Below, in pieces: positions 26,564 to 29,106 of a stretch of 29,106 nt of DNA. Position 1 is the stretch's first letter. Each line of letters starts with the position of its first letter. Source of the stretch: a virus (Duplodnaviria > Caudoviricetes). The position numbers and the translations under genes were made by a program. The stretch covers positions 1 to 29,106 of the IMG/VR virus record IMGVR_UViG_3300020457_000060, one strand, 5' to 3'. Under the pieces are notes generated by a model. That model worked only from the letters and a program-made list of their open reading frames with translations, searched no databases and was not told the DNA's origin.

Positions 26564-26808
26564 GCTTTTCTTCCGTTCTTATCTCTTCTAAAAGATCGGT
26601 TTTGACTTTTATGAGCAACTACTAAGTTGCTTCTACTATTATTCATTGGATTACCGTCCCTGTGATGTATATCAAAACCACTACCTTTAGTTACTAAACC
26701 TTCACGTATAGCCATACGTCTTGCACGATTTCGTTGTGCACGTCTTTTCTTTTGTTCTGGAGTGCCTTGGTAACGAGCGTATTCTTGTTGGTAATTTCTA
26801 TCGGACAT
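26560..26808 (-). CDS. Small HNH endonuclease-like protein
   Basis: DIHHRDGNPMNNSRSNLVV..SQNRS matches the HNH/HNN pattern. Confidence 0.8.
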   Translation of the reverse strand: MSDRNYQQEYARYQGTPEQKKRRAQRNRARRMAIREGLVTKGSGFDIHHRDGNPMNNSRSNLVVAHKSQNRSFRRDKNGRKA

Positions 26809-27107
26809 TAGTATTGTGTTGAAGGGTCTTCTTTTGTGGGTCTATTTGCAACAGCTTTAGGCACAGGTCGGGCATTACCGCGTAGTTGTTTTATTTGATA
26901 ACCCGCAGCAGCATTACGCAGATTAATAAGTTTTCTTATTAGTTCTGGCGCATTAAACCAGAAGGTAGAATCAGTTTCAAAGTCATATCGTCCACAACCT
27001 TTACACCTTTTATCTCCAAACTGGCGAGCTGTACACCACCCAATACAAGGTGAGTCAGCTAAGCTATTACACTCTCCACGTAGAGCAGAGAGGTTTTTAC
27101 CACTCAT
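26808..27107 (-). CDS. DUF1289-like Cys-rich (putative metal/Fe-S) protein (alternative start 27125)
   Basis: DSPCIGWC..RCKGCGR...E....W signature. Confidence 0.7.
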   Translation of the reverse strand: MSGKNLSALRGECNSLADSPCIGWCTARQFGDKRCKGCGRYDFETDSTFWFNAPELIRKLINLRNAAAGYQIKQLRGNARPVPKAVANRPTKEDPSTQY

Positions 27108-27112
27108 GAGTG

Positions 27113-27505
27113 CTATTTTACACATAAATTCTCTAATTTGGCTACAAATTCTGAAATACTAATGGCTTCTTTCATAAACGTCGCTTTAGTTATTTTATTA
27201 GCATGCTCAAATTTTTGAGTAAACATAATTAATTTACCTACGCCAAGTGCTACATAACACGGCACACCTTCTGCTTTACGCTCTTTAAGCCAGGCACACT
27301 GTTGTAGAGTTAATTTAAAAGAAATACATGTGCTATCTTTTTTGGGTAATTCTTTTTTATATTTGTATTCTACAAAACAAAGGCCGCCATTGCCTGAATA
27401 GAAACAGTCTGGCACACCACCATGGTAGGCGTCGTTAATTTTCCATTTATAGATAGTGGGGGGAAGTTTTTGATGGATTAGTTGTATAAAGTGTCTTTCT
27501 TGCAT
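27113..27505 (-). CDS. PD-(D/E)XK nuclease (VRR-NUC / Holliday junction resolvase-like)
   Basis: GVPDCFY..FVEYK..LTLQQCAWL motif set. Confidence 0.8.
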   Translation of the reverse strand: MQERHFIQLIHQKLPPTIYKWKINDAYHGGVPDCFYSGNGGLCFVEYKYKKELPKKDSTCISFKLTLQQCAWLKERKAEGVPCYVALGVGKLIMFTQKFEHANKITKATFMKEAISISEFVAKLENLCVK

Positions 27506-27577
27506 ACATTACACCGGATCTTGGCCGGATGTAATGTATTGTAACACATACGACGACGCATTTTGTCGCCGTATGTG
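27504..27577 (-). promoter_or_regulatory. Twin RNA hairpins between the SSB-like and nuclease genes
   Basis: On the minus strand: CACATACGGCGAC-AAAATGC-GTCGTCGTATGTG (13 bp including one G-U), then ATACATTACA-T-CCGG-CCAAGAT-CCGG-TGTAATGTAT, which overlaps the nuclease ATG. Confidence 0.7.
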
Positions 27578-27586
27578 CAATCACTT

Positions 27587-28273
27587 TTAGGAGTCGGTTG
27601 GACCTAAGTTAAGTTTCGTGTATACCTCCTTGGCATACTCGTAATCTTCTTCAGTTACCCAACCTTGGTTTTCTGCATTCAAGTTATAAAACTTTTGTGC
27701 AGCTCTGTTTTGTGTTTGTAGAGAACCTAGTTTCCACAAAGCACTGAATCTATCGCCTCCTAGCTGTCCAATCTGAGTGTTCCACTCTCGTGAAACTCTT
27801 AGTTTAGATGAAGCAAAGTCCATTAGAAATGGAGTTTTATCTAACTCTCCTGTTTCTGGATCTTTACGAAGTAATAGATGTGATTGAGTTTGAATGATCT
27901 CATGATCATCAGCTTTTAACCCTTCTTTTGCAAGATGGTCAAGGGCTGCTGATTGGCTACTGTAAGTACCAACTAAGCCACCGCCGCTCTCACGCTTTTT
28001 CCAAAGAACAAAGTCTTCTTTAAAATGTACGTTGATAACATATAGCTCTGTGCCATAATTTTTACCATCTATACTATTTATAAAGTCTCCTGGTTTAGCA
28101 CCGTCAATGTACGCGTCGTGGTTAGGATCCACTTCGCTGTTCATTTGTTGGAGTAACTTTACTCTTGGGGTTTGTAAATGCTCAGCAGTGATATTCTCAT
28201 TACCAAGCCCTGATGCTTCTTTGACGTGCGCTGGCACGTTGTTAGAAACTAGTGATATAGCTGTTTCGCTCAT
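27587..28273 (-). CDS. Conserved phage replication-module protein, putative ssDNA-binding protein
   Basis: GLGNENIT..LQTPRVKLLQQMNSEV..GAKPGDFINS..FVLWKKRESGGG pattern. RBS AAAGGTGA. Replication context. The function is inferred. Confidence 0.55.
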   Translation of the reverse strand: MSETAISLVSNNVPAHVKEASGLGNENITAEHLQTPRVKLLQQMNSEVDPNHDAYIDGAKPGDFINSIDGKNYGTELYVINVHFKEDFVLWKKRESGGGLVGTYSSQSAALDHLAKEGLKADDHEIIQTQSHLLLRKDPETGELDKTPFLMDFASSKLRVSREWNTQIGQLGGDRFSALWKLGSLQTQNRAAQKFYNLNAENQGWVTEEDYEYAKEVYTKLNLGPTDS

Positions 28274-28302
28274 TGTTCACCTTTCTTTTTTCGTGTTTAA
28301 AT

Positions 28303-28683
28303 TTACTTACTTCGGTAATTAACTTTAGTAAGCTCCGTGGAACGTACGCCCGGAACCGAAGGTTCCATAGCGATAAGTTCCCTATAAGCTGTAGCAGACA
28401 TACGTTTTTGTAACAACTCAAACCGACCTGTGTCGCTTATGTGTTGATGCAAAGCATCCCAGTCTTCTACAGTTGGTACTGTTTCTGTTTTAAGAGAAAT
28501 AGTACATACATCGTTACCGGTTTGAGTAAGACCTTGTCTTTCCATATCGGCACCGATTTCTGCTTCCAAAGCATTTTGTACTTGCTTTAGTTCTTTCTCT
28601 TGTTCGAGTAAGACCTTAAGCTTTGCACGTGTGTCTGCAAGCATATTCATTTTATCATCAAGAGTAACTTGTTGATTTTCCAT
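28303..28683 (-). CDS. Coiled-coil phage protein (Gam/gp157-like)
   Basis: N-terminal coiled coil and VEDWDAL..FELLQKRMSATAYRE..VPGV. RBS AGGAG. Confidence 0.55.
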   Translation of the reverse strand: MENQQVTLDDKMNMLADTRAKLKVLLEQEKELKQVQNALEAEIGADMERQGLTQTGNDVCTISLKTETVPTVEDWDALHQHISDTGRFELLQKRMSATAYRELIAMEPSVPGVRSTELTKVNYRSK

Positions 28684-28691
28684 AATAACTC

Positions 28692-28970
28692 CTAGTGGAT
28701 GACTTGATTTTCTGTCAAGTCAATATGTAAGTCATCATATACAATATTGACTCCTTTAGTAAGTTCAACAGCAAACTGTGCTGCTTCTTTTACAATTTCT
28801 CTAATATCTGGTTCTACGTTTTGGTCTAGATAACTAGAGACAATAAGTTCAGATATTGAATAAATTAAAGCTGTAGCTAATACAGTATTGTCTGTTTTAG
28901 TAAGCTCATGTAATTCTTTTTTAGGAAGCCTACCTAGTTGTAATACTTTTTTTGCTTCTGACATTTCCAT
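28692..28970 (-). CDS. Hypothetical protein, 92 aa
   Basis: ATG 28970 follows AAGGT and lies 1 nt after the upstream stop. It is preferred to GTG 28991. Confidence 0.65.
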   Translation of the reverse strand: MEMSEAKKVLQLGRLPKKELHELTKTDNTVLATALIYSISELIVSSYLDQNVEPDIREIVKEAAQFAVELTKGVNIVYDDLHIDLTENQVIH

Positions 28971-28971
28971 A

Positions 28972-29106
28972 TTATACCTTATGTAATTCACTAAGTACGT
29001 TAAGTAAACTTTCCATACGATTTAGTTTACCGTTTAGTTTGTTGTATACCTCTGATTCCCATGTACCTCTAGCTGATATAAGTATAGTTTCAGTCTTTTG
29101 AGTTTG
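28972..29106 (-). CDS. SNF2-like helicase, C-terminal end (5' partial; not in ORF track)
   Basis: QTQKTETILISARGTWESEVYNKLNGKLNRMESLLNVLSELHKV* matches the segment after motif VI (R.GQ...V....GT.EE....L..K) of phage SNF2 helicases. Confidence 0.65.
   Translation of the reverse strand, partial: QTQKTETILISARGTWESEVYNKLNGKLNRMESLLNVLSELHKV

Larger units (their letters stand above)
1..29106. mobile_element. Tailed dsDNA bacteriophage genome segment (podovirus-like late operon converging with a replication operon)
   Basis: Tail fibre with S74 chaperone, M15 endolysin, 3TM holin, tail assembly chaperone, ejection-type proteins, HNH and helicase fragments. Gene packing is dense with TAATG/ATGA overlaps, and no cellular housekeeping genes are present. 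No integrase or att site is visible, so prophage versus free phage is unresolved. Confidence 0.95.

Noticed and set aside
28107-28322. Plus-strand 71-aa ORF
   Set aside because: Antisense shadow of the SSB-like gene.
1-29106. CRISPR array, tRNA genes, or stop-codon reassignment
   Set aside because: There is no repeat-spacer pattern or cloverleaf in the few short intergenic gaps. Genes are intact under the standard code and use TAA, TAG and TGA as stops.

Overview
An AT-rich fragment of a tailed dsDNA phage genome with podovirus-type architecture, resembling uncultured marine phages. The host cannot be determined from this window. The + strand (1-26563) is a tightly packed late operon. It runs: head-tail adaptor, GNAT-like assembly protein, four cysteine-free internal virion/ejection proteins (233, 279, 860 and 3426 aa), tail and fibre genes including a Peptidase_S74-chaperoned fibre, a lysis cassette (M15 endolysin, 3TM holin), a nozzle-like protein, a second fibre with a tail assembly chaperone, a miniature MscS-like gene and a cluster of small Lys/Arg-rich proteins. 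The - strand (26560-29106) is the distal end of a replication/recombination operon: SNF2-like helicase C-terminus, SSB-like protein, PD-(D/E)XK nuclease, DUF1289-like protein and HNH. The most notable feature is the 3426-aa protein, which looks like a polyvalent ejected protein. It carries a degenerate cpYpsA/SLOG domain with a cysteine-free DUF4326-like domain nested inside it, a zincin-like motif lacking the catalytic Glu, and clamp-binding-like motifs. All family assignments are motif recognition by eye; no database search was run.
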